Shown piece by piece: positions 18,854 through 27,063 of a stretch of DNA of 44,453 bases. This stretch comes from an uncultured Candidatus Saccharibacteria bacterium. Its GTDB lineage: Bacteria; Patescibacteriota; Minisyncoccia; UBA6257; JACOXY01. Made by a program: the position numbers and the translations under genes. The stretch lies in the NCBI GenBank assembly GCA_964357615.1, contig CAYHMC010000010.1, positions 1 to 44,453 of the forward strand, written 5' to 3'. The notes under the pieces were generated by a model, which saw nothing but the letters and a program-made list of their open reading frames with translations, searched no databases and had not been told where the DNA came from. Numbering within the stretch: position 1 is the first letter of the stretch; each line of letters opens with the position of its first letter.

Positions 18854-19378
18854 ATGAAACAAGCGAAGATTCTTGCAGTTGCAGTGTTCGCACTTTTCGC
18901 GGCCTGCGCTCCTCCTCCCACGAGTAGTGATGTCCAACGGGACCGTCAAGAAACGATGGTCGCTGAGGGCGTCTCTCAAGTCGGCGTTCCCGCCATCGTG
19001 AACTTTCGCGAGTACAAGCTTGCGAAGGACATCTACGAGATGCGGGACCAGACCGGTCTCGTGACTTACACCTACCTCTGGAGTGACATTCAGGGTAAGC
19101 TCCTCTTCTTCTGCGATTCCATCGGCTACCCGATTCCGTACGCCACGCAGTTCTCGGCGCCGGAATCGGTTCAGCGTTTCTACCTGCCGGGACGAGGAAA
19201 TGTTCCTCGTGAGTGGGGCAAAGAGAAACTGCCCCAAGCCGAGCCGAACGGACTCTTCACTCCCAGCTCTGCCGAAGGCACCTGGGTCATGTGCAAGGAT
19301 CCGAATGGCAAGGACACGCGGCCGACCTATGTCGAGCCTCGAGTCATCGTCACGCAGTTCAAGCTGACGACCGACTAA
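18854..19378 (+). CDS. GC-rich hypothetical lipoprotein (signal peptide with LFAAC lipobox)
   Basis: AAGGAG Shine-Dalgarno, GC3 bias, N-terminal MKQAKILAVAVFALFAAC. Confidence 0.6.
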   Translation: MKQAKILAVAVFALFAACAPPPTSSDVQRDRQETMVAEGVSQVGVPAIVNFREYKLAKDIYEMRDQTGLVTYTYLWSDIQGKLLFFCDSIGYPIPYATQFSAPESVQRFYLPGRGNVPREWGKEKLPQAEPNGLFTPSSAEGTWVMCKDPNGKDTRPTYVEPRVIVTQFKLTTD

Positions 19379-19414
19379 CGGTAGCGGGTTCAAAAATCCC
19401 GCGATGAGTACACG

Positions 19415-19460
19415 CCCCCGACGGAAAATGCGCCATGCGCAAATTCTGTCGGGGGTTTTT
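19415..19460 (+). terminator. GC-rich intrinsic terminator (CCCCCGAC ... GTCGGGGG then TTTTT)
   Basis: Seen in the sequence; it closes cassette 1. Confidence 0.6.
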
Positions 19461-19521
19461 CAATTGTAAAAATTGAGTTAATCGGCAGTTCTTTTGAGTT
19501 AGAGAGTAATTTGATAGAATT

Positions 19522-19878
19522 ATGGCTATGGCTATTAAAAATAAATCATCACATGTAAAAGCTTTGGAAAAGAAAGTAAAAATTGTAATGAAAAAATATC
19601 AGCTTGAATATCCGGATGTCAAAGTAGATAGAGATTACTATCCTTTTAAAATTACCGAGGAGTGGGGAGAGTGTTTACAAGCATTTCTTATGTTTACTGA
19701 CCGTGGGCGTCAAAAAGGGAAAAGCAAAAAAGAAATTAAAAATCTCCTAGAAGAAGAATTAGCGGATGTTTTCGGGTATATGTTGCTTTTTGCTCAAAAT
19801 GAAAATATTGACTTGGAAAAAGCATTAGACAAAAAATGGTTTACATATCTAAGTAAATCTCAAAATAATTTGAAATAA
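19522..19878 (+). CDS. MazG-like nucleoside triphosphate pyrophosphohydrolase
   Basis: EExGE ... EELADVFGYMLLFAQ ... IDLE motif pattern. Confidence 0.55.
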   Translation: MAMAIKNKSSHVKALEKKVKIVMKKYQLEYPDVKVDRDYYPFKITEEWGECLQAFLMFTDRGRQKGKSKKEIKNLLEEELADVFGYMLLFAQNENIDLEKALDKKWFTYLSKSQNNLK

Positions 19879-19960
19879 TATAATCATATTTCACTAGAAA
19901 TATCAGCATCAAATAACCTTATAATGAGGCTGTTTTTTATTAACAGTTCAACTACTTGAC

Positions 19961-19980
19961 TATACCCCTAGGGGGGTATA
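19961..19980. promoter_or_regulatory. Putative CsoR operator palindrome TATACCCC-TAGG-GGGGTATA, overlapping a TTGACT -35 box
   Basis: GC-tract pseudo-palindrome of the ACCC-N-GGGT type bound by CsoR-family repressors, sitting directly upstream of csoR-copA. Confidence 0.55.
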
Positions 19981-19990
19981 TCATTTACTT

Positions 19991-20266
19991 ATGAAATATA
20001 TGGATGATAAAAGTAAATATAAAATTATTAAGCGCCTCAAGCTTATCGAGGGTCAGGTACGCGGACTTCAGCGAATGATTGATAATAATATTTATTGTAT
20101 AGATGTAATTACTCAAACTTCCGCAGTAAAACAAGGACTCTCAAATGTTGAAGATTTATTACTTGAAAACCATCTCGGTGGTTGTATTTTAAACCAGATT
20201 ACTTCAGGGCAAATAGAAAAAGCAAAAAAAGAAGTTCTTAAGGTTTATAAACTAAAGCGTAAATAA
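19991..20266 (+). CDS. csoR: CsoR/RcnR-family metal-sensing transcriptional repressor
   Basis: RLKLIEGQVRGLQRMIDNNIYCIDVITQTSAV ... HLGGC, with the C-H-C ligand pattern. Confidence 0.8.
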   Translation: MKYMDDKSKYKIIKRLKLIEGQVRGLQRMIDNNIYCIDVITQTSAVKQGLSNVEDLLLENHLGGCILNQITSGQIEKAKKEVLKVYKLKRK

Positions 20267-20280
20267 TTTTTATAAATAAC

Positions 20281-22602
20281 ATGCATACACAAACTTACAA
20301 AGTAAAAGGAATGCACTGTGCCTCGTGCTCATCGATAATTGAAAAGGCGTTCAAGAAGGTTGAGGGTGTTCATTCTGCTGAAGTTAATTATGCAACTGAA
20401 AAAGCTAAAATTTCATTCGACTCTACTAAAACAAACCCACACGAACTTTCTAAAAAAATTGAGCCACTTGGTTACACTCTCGATCTTTTGCAGGATAACC
20501 CTCACAAACTTAGCAATCAGTCAGCTGAAGAAATGGGTATGTCGACCGAAGAACATGCGGCGCATTTGGGGCTTAATCAATCAAAAAACGAAAAACTTGC
20601 CGAAGTTGCCGACATGAAAACTAAAGTAATCTCTGCTATTCCTTTAGCAATTTTTGCTGCTTTGATAATGGGATGGGATATTCTTGTTGAATATGATGTC
20701 GTTCCTCCAATGAGTGTTACGACAAAGGAATTTATTCATCATCTTTTGCCTATATTTGCAACCTACACGCTCTTTGTGGTCGGAAAGCCATATCTTATGG
20801 GATTTTACAGATTTCTAAGGTATGGAAAAGCAAACATGGACACGCTAATTGGTATTGGAACTGTCGCCGCCTTTTTATATAGCTTTGCAGTTACAGCTTT
20901 TGAAGAAACACTGCGACCTTTCATAAATGTTGATTACCAATACTATGATGTTACAATCGTGGTTATTGCTTTTATTACGCTTGGAAAATATTTGGAAGCA
21001 CGGTCGAAAATAAAAACAGGTGACTCTATAGAAAAGTTACTAAATCTTCAGGCTAAGACAGCTCTGGTAATTAGAAATGGAAAAGAAGTTGAGATTTCTG
21101 TAAATGATGTTATTCATGGAGATTTGATTATTGTAAAACCGGGAGCGAAGATACCGGTGGACGGAATTATAACCGAAGGCAGTTCTTTTATTGATGAATC
21201 TATGGTTACCGGCGAACCAATGCCCACGCAGAAAAAAATCGGAGACAGCATTGTATCCGGAACTATTAATACAACCGGCTCATTTACATTTAAAGCTACA
21301 AAAGTAGGATCTGAAACACTGCTTGCTCAGATCATAAGGATGGTAGAGGATGCTCAGGGCAGTAAAGCTCCAATTCAGGCTTTGGCAGATAAAATATCCT
21401 CAATTTTTGTGCCAATTGTTCTAGTGATCGCATTTTTTACTCTTGGTGTTTGGATTATTGTCGGTTCACAGTATCTAGGGTTTTCCCAAGCACTATCTTT
21501 TGGTCTCGTATCTTTTGTAGGAATTTTAGTTATTGCATGTCCTTGTGCTCTCGGTCTCGCTACGCCCACTGCCATCATTGTTGGAGTTGGTAAGGGAGCG
21601 AAAGAGGGTATTTTAATTAAAGATGCCGCTACCTTAGAAAAACTTCATAAAGTAGATACGGTGATTGTAGACAAAACAGGCACAATTACCATTGGTAAAC
21701 CTACGCTTGTCGACATTCAGAACTTCTCCAATTTAAAAGATGATGAGCTTTTATCCATACTTGCGTCACTTGAGAAAAAATCAGAGCATCCGATTGCTCA
21801 TGCGATAGTAAGCTACGCACTTGAGAAAAACCTTCCCATTTTTGATGTTTTAAATTTTGAAGGGATTCAAGGAAGGGGACTAAAGGGGACAATTAATGGT
21901 TTAGAATATTTTGCGGGTAACGCAAAGCTTATTAAAGAGTTTGGTGTGGCATTCGATACTTCAAAGCTCGAACAATTTACGGCTCAAGGAAAGACGCCCG
22001 TTATTCTTTTTACTAAGAAAGAGGTGTTGGGTTTTGTTATGGTTGCAGATGAAATAAAATCCGAATCCAAACAAGCAGTTACTGAACTTCATAAATTAGG
22101 AATTAAAGTGGTAATGCTTACCGGTGATGATGAAAAAGCCGCAAAGTACATGGCGTCATTGGTTGGTATCCGCGATGTAGTTGCTCATGTCTTGCCCCAA
22201 GATAAATTAATGAAGATAAAAGAGTTGCAGTCGCAGGGTAGAATTGTTGCAATGGCCGGTGATGGTGTAAATGACGCCCCGGCACTTGCTCAAGCAGATG
22301 TAGGTATTGCAATGGGTACGGGCACTGATGTAGCGATAGAATCAGCCGGCATCACACTCCTCGGTGGAGATATTTCAAAGCTCGTGAAAGCAATCAAGCT
22401 TTCGAAAATAACTATGAGAGGAATCAAACAAAACCTATTCTGGGCGTTTATTTATAACATCGTGGGTATTCCACTTGCGGCTGGGGTTTTATATCCGGTC
22501 TTTGGATGGCTTTTGAATCCAATCTTTGCTGGTTTTGCCATGGCAATGTCGTCGGTGTCAGTGGTATCAAATTCACTCCGCATTAAAGCAAAAAAACTAT
22601 GA
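20281..22602 (+). CDS. copA: Copper-translocating P1B-type ATPase
   Basis: N-terminal HMA (GMHCASC), TM CPC motif, DKTGT, GDGVNDAP. Confidence 0.95.
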   Translation: MHTQTYKVKGMHCASCSSIIEKAFKKVEGVHSAEVNYATEKAKISFDSTKTNPHELSKKIEPLGYTLDLLQDNPHKLSNQSAEEMGMSTEEHAAHLGLNQSKNEKLAEVADMKTKVISAIPLAIFAALIMGWDILVEYDVVPPMSVTTKEFIHHLLPIFATYTLFVVGKPYLMGFYRFLRYGKANMDTLIGIGTVAAFLYSFAVTAFEETLRPFINVDYQYYDVTIVVIAFITLGKYLEARSKIKTGDSIEKLLNLQAKTALVIRNGKEVEISVNDVIHGDLIIVKPGAKIPVDGIITEGSSFIDESMVTGEPMPTQKKIGDSIVSGTINTTGSFTFKATKVGSETLLAQIIRMVEDAQGSKAPIQALADKISSIFVPIVLVIAFFTLGVWIIVGSQYLGFSQALSFGLVSFVGILVIACPCALGLATPTAIIVGVGKGAKEGILIKDAATLEKLHKVDTVIVDKTGTITIGKPTLVDIQNFSNLKDDELLSILASLEKKSEHPIAHAIVSYALEKNLPIFDVLNFEGIQGRGLKGTINGLEYFAGNAKLIKEFGVAFDTSKLEQFTAQGKTPVILFTKKEVLGFVMVADEIKSESKQAVTELHKLGIKVVMLTGDDEKAAKYMASLVGIRDVVAHVLPQDKLMKIKELQSQGRIVAMAGDGVNDAPALAQADVGIAMGTGTDVAIESAGITLLGGDISKLVKAIKLSKITMRGIKQNLFWAFIYNIVGIPLAAGVLYPVFGWLLNPIFAGFAMAMSSVSVVSNSLRIKAKKL

Positions 22603-23207
22603 TAAAAAAATTCCTCTCATTATTTCTTCTCACAAGCGTCCTAGTAATAGGAGTTTTTGGCTTCGCTTCAATAAATCATGGAGTTGGTCATAACATAAAA
22701 TGCACCGCGTCTATTTTAAGTAATACTCAGTGTCCGGAAAATATCACTGCGATGTTGATTCATCATATGCAAGCATTTGCATCATTTTTTAACATAGTTC
22801 CGTCCATTCCGCTTGTCTTTCTATTTTCAGTATTTTTAAGTATAGTTTTTTTCTATACAAAACATCAGGATTCAATTCTGGATAGTCAGACGTTTTGGCA
22901 TTTCCGATGCAATCTTGAACATAAGCGGACGCGTTCGTGGAAAATTGATCGCTGGCTCTCATTATTTAAAAATAGTCCTCCATTGAATAGGATTTCCATT
23001 ACTATTTCTAATCTCAAAAATTTATGCAAACAAAAACATTTAAAAATAATGAAAAACATACAAGCATCTATTCGACAAAGGCATTCGATCTTGTTTGCGG
23101 AATGGAGCTTGATGTGGATAAAATTAAGACAGGCGCAGATTATAAGGGCAAAACCTATTACTTTTGTGCTATCCACTGCAAGAATCACTTTACGGCCGAT
23201 CCCGTGA
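22599..23207 (+). CDS. Hypothetical membrane protein. The first ~100 aa are convincing. The C-terminal half is doubtful because it overlaps the YHS gene in another frame.
   Basis: Two TM helices and His/Cys motifs at the N-terminus. The distal part is low-complexity K/I/R-rich. Confidence 0.3.
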   Translation: MIKKFLSLFLLTSVLVIGVFGFASINHGVGHNIKCTASILSNTQCPENITAMLIHHMQAFASFFNIVPSIPLVFLFSVFLSIVFFYTKHQDSILDSQTFWHFRCNLEHKRTRSWKIDRWLSLFKNSPPLNRISITISNLKNLCKQKHLKIMKNIQASIRQRHSILFAEWSLMWIKLRQAQIIRAKPITFVLSTARITLRPIP

Positions 23208-23224
23208 AGTATATTGGAGAATAA
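23024..23224 (+). CDS. YHS-domain (TRASH-like) metal-binding protein
   Basis: DLVCGMELD ... YKGKTYYFCAIHCKNHF matches the YHS consensus. Confidence 0.7.
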   Translation: MQTKTFKNNEKHTSIYSTKAFDLVCGMELDVDKIKTGADYKGKTYYFCAIHCKNHFTADPVKYIGE

Positions 23225-23249
23225 ATTACTAAACTAAAAATAAAAACAA

Positions 23250-23894
23250 ATGAACAACATTCAAAACAATAAAATAATTTACGGAATTGGAGGGGTAGTC
23301 GTTGGAATCCTCCTAGTGTCATTGTTTACTCCAATGATGCGATATGGTGGCTTTGGAATGATGAATTGGCGAAATAACACAGTGCCGGATCAAAGAATAA
23401 ATGGAAATGTTCAAACAGCCGGTACAATAGACAAACACTTTATAGAACAGATGATTCCTCATCATGAAGGAGCGATAGCTATGGCAAACCTTGCACTTCA
23501 AAAAGCTAAGCATTCCGAAATTAAAACTTTAGCTCAGGAAATTCTTAAAGCGCAGACTTCAGAAAATCAGGAAATGCGTTCATGGTATCAAGATTGGTTT
23601 GGGGGCACTGTTCCGAAAGTAAACACAGGGATGATGGGCGGAGGTATGATGTCGCAGAGCGGTATGCATATGGGCGGACAAGAAGACATGACAGCACTAG
23701 AAAATGCATCTGATTTCGATAAGACATTCATCGAAGAAATGATCCCACATCACCAGTTAGCAATCATGATGGCGAATATGCTTCAATCTGGAACAAATCG
23801 CCCTGAGATGCAACAGCTTGCAAAAAATATTATTTCTTCACAATCAAAGGAAATACAGCAAATGCAAGCATGGTATGTGCAGTGGTATAAGTAA
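23250..23894 (+). CDS. DUF305-family protein with two MIPHHxxAIxMA repeats, associated with copper resistance
   Basis: N-terminal TM, then duplicated FIEQMIPHHEGAIAMA / FIEEMIPHHQLAIMMA. Confidence 0.7.
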   Translation: MNNIQNNKIIYGIGGVVVGILLVSLFTPMMRYGGFGMMNWRNNTVPDQRINGNVQTAGTIDKHFIEQMIPHHEGAIAMANLALQKAKHSEIKTLAQEILKAQTSENQEMRSWYQDWFGGTVPKVNTGMMGGGMMSQSGMHMGGQEDMTALENASDFDKTFIEEMIPHHQLAIMMANMLQSGTNRPEMQQLAKNIISSQSKEIQQMQAWYVQWYK

Positions 23895-23924
23895 ATAATT
23901 AAAAACTATTAAGCATAAAAACAT

Positions 23925-24140
23925 ATGAAAAAATCATCATTCATCCACGGAGCTTCAATTGTAGTTGCAATCTGGGGAGTTCTTGCGCTTATTGGTGCAT
24001 GGCTTGCAGGTGAGAATGGAACCATATTTGGCTTTTCTCAATCACACTGCTTCAATGATGCAATAGTACTTACACTAATTTCTATTTCAGCAGGTATTTG
24101 TGCCATATATAGAAGAGAATTGGAGAAGGAAACAAAATAA
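23925..24140 (+). CDS. Small membrane protein (2 TM), hypothetical
   Basis: Hydrophobic 71-aa ORF in operon orientation. Confidence 0.4.
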   Translation: MKKSSFIHGASIVVAIWGVLALIGAWLAGENGTIFGFSQSHCFNDAIVLTLISISAGICAIYRRELEKETK

Positions 24141-24206
24141 TATAAATTATAAACCTCATTAGAAATCTCATAGATTTACTCATGTGGTTTATTAATATCA
24201 ACTAAT

Positions 24207-25250
24207 ATGACGAAGCAGATTTCTAACTGGGCAAAAACATATACATTTCATGTAAATGGCATGCACTGTAATGCGTGCGTAGTTTTAACCGAAAGTGAAC
24301 TATCTGAATTAAGAGAGGTGTCGCATGTAAAAGCTTCATTAAAGCACTTAAATGTTGAGATTACTGGAGATTTTGGTGATAAAAATCCCGAACACATTGC
24401 TCAGGATTTAAGTGAAGTATTAAAACCGCACGGATATACACTTTCGCTGGAGAAGCAAAAACATGATGTTAAATGGTCTGATTTTAACTTTGCCTTACCC
24501 ATTGCTCTTGGGTTTATTGCATTTTTTATTTTTCTGCAAAAACTTGGAATAGTAAATTTAGTAACAGCGACAAATCTTGATTTAGGAACTGCTTTTGTAA
24601 TTGGTCTAATTGCATCGGTCTCTACTTGTATGGCTGTAGTTGGAGGTTTAGTTCTTTCTATGTCCGCTACTTTTGCAAAGGAGGGGGACAAGTTTAGGCC
24701 ACAGATTTTATTTCATGTTGGTCGCATAGTTTCGTTTTTTGTTTTGGGCGGAGTTATTGGGGCATTAGGTTCGGCTTTTTCCCTAAATACTCGAATGACT
24801 TTTATTTTAGGTATTGTTATAGGTATAGTGATGTTTATTTTAGGAGTCAATCTTTTAGATATATTTCCTAAAGCAAAGAAATTGCAATTTGCTATGCCTA
24901 AGATTATTTCTAAATATGCGATTAATGTTACAAAATTTAATCATTCATTTACACCACTACTAGTGGGAATTGCAACATTTTTTTTGCCATGTGGCTTTAC
25001 GCAGTCAATGCAAATTTACACCCTTTCTACCGGAAGTTTTTTAAAAGGCGGAATGACAATGCTTGCATTCGCTTTGGGAACATTTCCGGTCCTTGCTTTA
25101 ATTAGTTTCAGTTCTTTTAGTATTAAGAATAATTCTAAATCGGGTATATTTTTTAAAACCGCAGGACTTATTGTAATTGCATTTGCATTGTTTAATCTAA
25201 TAAACAGTTTTGTGGTTATTGGTGTTATAGATCCGATTTTTGAATTTTAG
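24207..25250 (+). CDS. HMA-domain-fused polytopic membrane protein, putative metal/thiol transporter (CcdA/DsbD-like TM cysteines)
   Basis: N-terminal GMHCNAC HMA fold, followed by ~6 TM helices with STCMAV and FFLPCGFT motifs. Confidence 0.55.
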   Translation: MTKQISNWAKTYTFHVNGMHCNACVVLTESELSELREVSHVKASLKHLNVEITGDFGDKNPEHIAQDLSEVLKPHGYTLSLEKQKHDVKWSDFNFALPIALGFIAFFIFLQKLGIVNLVTATNLDLGTAFVIGLIASVSTCMAVVGGLVLSMSATFAKEGDKFRPQILFHVGRIVSFFVLGGVIGALGSAFSLNTRMTFILGIVIGIVMFILGVNLLDIFPKAKKLQFAMPKIISKYAINVTKFNHSFTPLLVGIATFFLPCGFTQSMQIYTLSTGSFLKGGMTMLAFALGTFPVLALISFSSFSIKNNSKSGIFFKTAGLIVIAFALFNLINSFVVIGVIDPIFEF

Positions 25251-25262
25251 TATAATATATTT

Positions 25263-25658
25263 ATGAAGTCTTATGCTTTACCGGTCTTTATTTTGCTTAC
25301 CGCAGTTTTAATTGCAGGAGTTACATTATTTTCAGGCGAACGTGTAGTCGATGACTCTGATGTTCCAATAAATAATGTGAGCATTATTGATGGCAAACAA
25401 ATAATCGTGATAAGCGCAAAGGGCGGATACCAGCCAAGAAATAGTGTAGCTAAGGCAGGTATACCAACTATTTTGCGCTTTAACACCAAGGGTACTTTTG
25501 ATTGTTCGTCATCCGTTGTAATTCCCAGTTTAAATATAAGTAAAAATCTTCCTCCTTCTGGAAACACAGATATAGATCTTGGTAGTCCACAGCTCGGAGT
25601 ACTTCAAGGAACATGCGGAATGGGTATGTATAGATTTCAGATTAATTTTGGCGGATAG
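25263..25658 (+). CDS. Small exported protein, possibly metal-binding (GTCGMGMY)
   Basis: Signal/anchor sequence, Cys/Met motifs, copper-locus context. Confidence 0.4.
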   Translation: MKSYALPVFILLTAVLIAGVTLFSGERVVDDSDVPINNVSIIDGKQIIVISAKGGYQPRNSVAKAGIPTILRFNTKGTFDCSSSVVIPSLNISKNLPPSGNTDIDLGSPQLGVLQGTCGMGMYRFQINFGG

Positions 25659-25764
25659 TTTGTATGAAATTTATATCTGAATTATTTTTTAAATAGTAGC
25701 TTTATTATTTGACAATATGCCAACTAAGTTGTATTGTTTTTTAAGTTAGGAAAGTGAGGTTCGC

Positions 25765-26238
25765 GTGTCTAGGCGACGCTACAAATGTAGTTTGAGCAAG
25801 GAACAGATTATTGATTTAAGAGCAAGGGGATTATCTTTTGATAAAATTGGAGAAATAGGCGGAGTTACTGGTACAAGCATCAGAGCATATTTAAATCCAG
25901 ACGAATTTAATCATCGCGCCAGTGAATACTATCGAAGGCTAAAGGGCAAAAAGCGTGCCAAGTTTTTGAAAAAAGAAAGAGATAAAGCAAAGGAATCTCA
26001 AGCAATTTCGATGGAAGAAAAGCCAAAGAATGCCACTTTTGGTATCGAGTGGACACTTAAGGAGTTGAAATACTTGAGAGATAATATTAAGACTAAGACA
26101 ATACTGGAGCTGGCCATAGATTTAAGAAGAACATTTCACTCAACAAAACATACAGTTTTAAGGTTTGGAATATCCGCCAGACCAAAAGCAAAACCTTCAC
26201 CCGTATTAGAACTTATGCGTTTTGTAAGCGGACATTGA
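25765..26238 (+). CDS. HTH-domain protein (GTG start), hypothetical regulator
   Basis: N-terminal LSKEQIIDLRARGLSFDKIGEIGGVTGTSIRAYL helix-turn-helix. A TTGACA-N17-TATTGT promoter-like site lies at 25711 and a terminator at 26276..26305. Confidence 0.45.
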   Translation: MSRRRYKCSLSKEQIIDLRARGLSFDKIGEIGGVTGTSIRAYLNPDEFNHRASEYYRRLKGKKRAKFLKKERDKAKESQAISMEEKPKNATFGIEWTLKELKYLRDNIKTKTILELAIDLRRTFHSTKHTVLRFGISARPKAKPSPVLELMRFVSGH

Positions 26239-26337
26239 GATTATCAATTTAATTTCATATGCCAGTAAATTCAATAAACCTCGCATTGCGAGGATTTTTT
26301 ATTCTTTAAGTTTCTATAATAATTTTATATTAATATA

Positions 26338-26844
26338 CTAGAAATAGCTTAACAAAAGTAGGGCTGGTAATTTATATAAACTTAAAACCATTATAAATAC
26401 AATAATTGAAAATAAAATCATTATAAAAAATAACGCTTGTAATATAGAAAACCATATCTCACCTAGCTCAATGTCATTATAAAAATTACCGAGAGCTTGT
26501 TTTTTTGCCCCACTCAGTTGGCTATCATTTTTAAGATAATATCCAGCACCCACATAAGTTATTAAAGATAAAAATGAGGCTGCATAATTTAGAGTTAAGC
26601 TATCAACATTCAGATCTGAACTTGCAAAGACTAATGCAGTATAAATTGGAAAAGAACCAAAATTAATTGATATTAAGGACAATATTAAATATATAATGTG
26701 TTTGCATATAAAAATATAAAGTTTGTATTTAGCTTTGTCTGTCTGGATAGAATGTAAGCTTTTTACATAAATTATGTGCTTAAAAAAAACAGCTAACGCC
26801 CCTAGTAGAAATAGCGATAATGGCAAGAAGATATATAGCTCCAT
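26338..26844 (-). CDS. Hypothetical polytopic membrane protein
   Basis: 168 aa, 5 predicted TM helices. Confidence 0.45.
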   Translation of the reverse strand: MELYIFLPLSLFLLGALAVFFKHIIYVKSLHSIQTDKAKYKLYIFICKHIIYLILSLISINFGSFPIYTALVFASSDLNVDSLTLNYAASFLSLITYVGAGYYLKNDSQLSGAKKQALGNFYNDIELGEIWFSILQALFFIMILFSIIVFIMVLSLYKLPALLLLSYF

Positions 26845-26964
26845 GTTAAAATTTTAACTAATAAATTGAAATTAACAAGTATATTAAAAATATGTAGTCA
26901 ATAATTCTGCTGGTTTTTATTTCTAAAATAAAAATCCGCTATTAATTTAGCGGATGTAGTTTAC

Positions 26965-27061
26965 CCCGTTAGAAACATAATTACACCCCCGCTTGTCTTT
27001 GGGGTATGACTCTAGTTTTTTTGGGCTCGTGGTTTAATAACCTACATGAGCTTCTAATGGG
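26965..27061 (+). mobile_element. MITE-like element, copy D. TIRs are CCCGTTAGAAAC / GCTTCTAATGGG, flanked by GTTTAC / GTTTAG; the 3' repeat overlaps the P450 stop codon.
   Basis: Same termini as copies A-C. Confidence 0.4.
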
Positions 27062-27063
27062 GT

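Noticed and set aside
18361-19393. Long minus-strand ORFs (186 and 223 aa) across GC-rich island 1
   Set aside because: High-GC DNA yields long stop-free frames on several strands. GC3 bias, SD sites, the promoter and the terminator all support the + strand genes.
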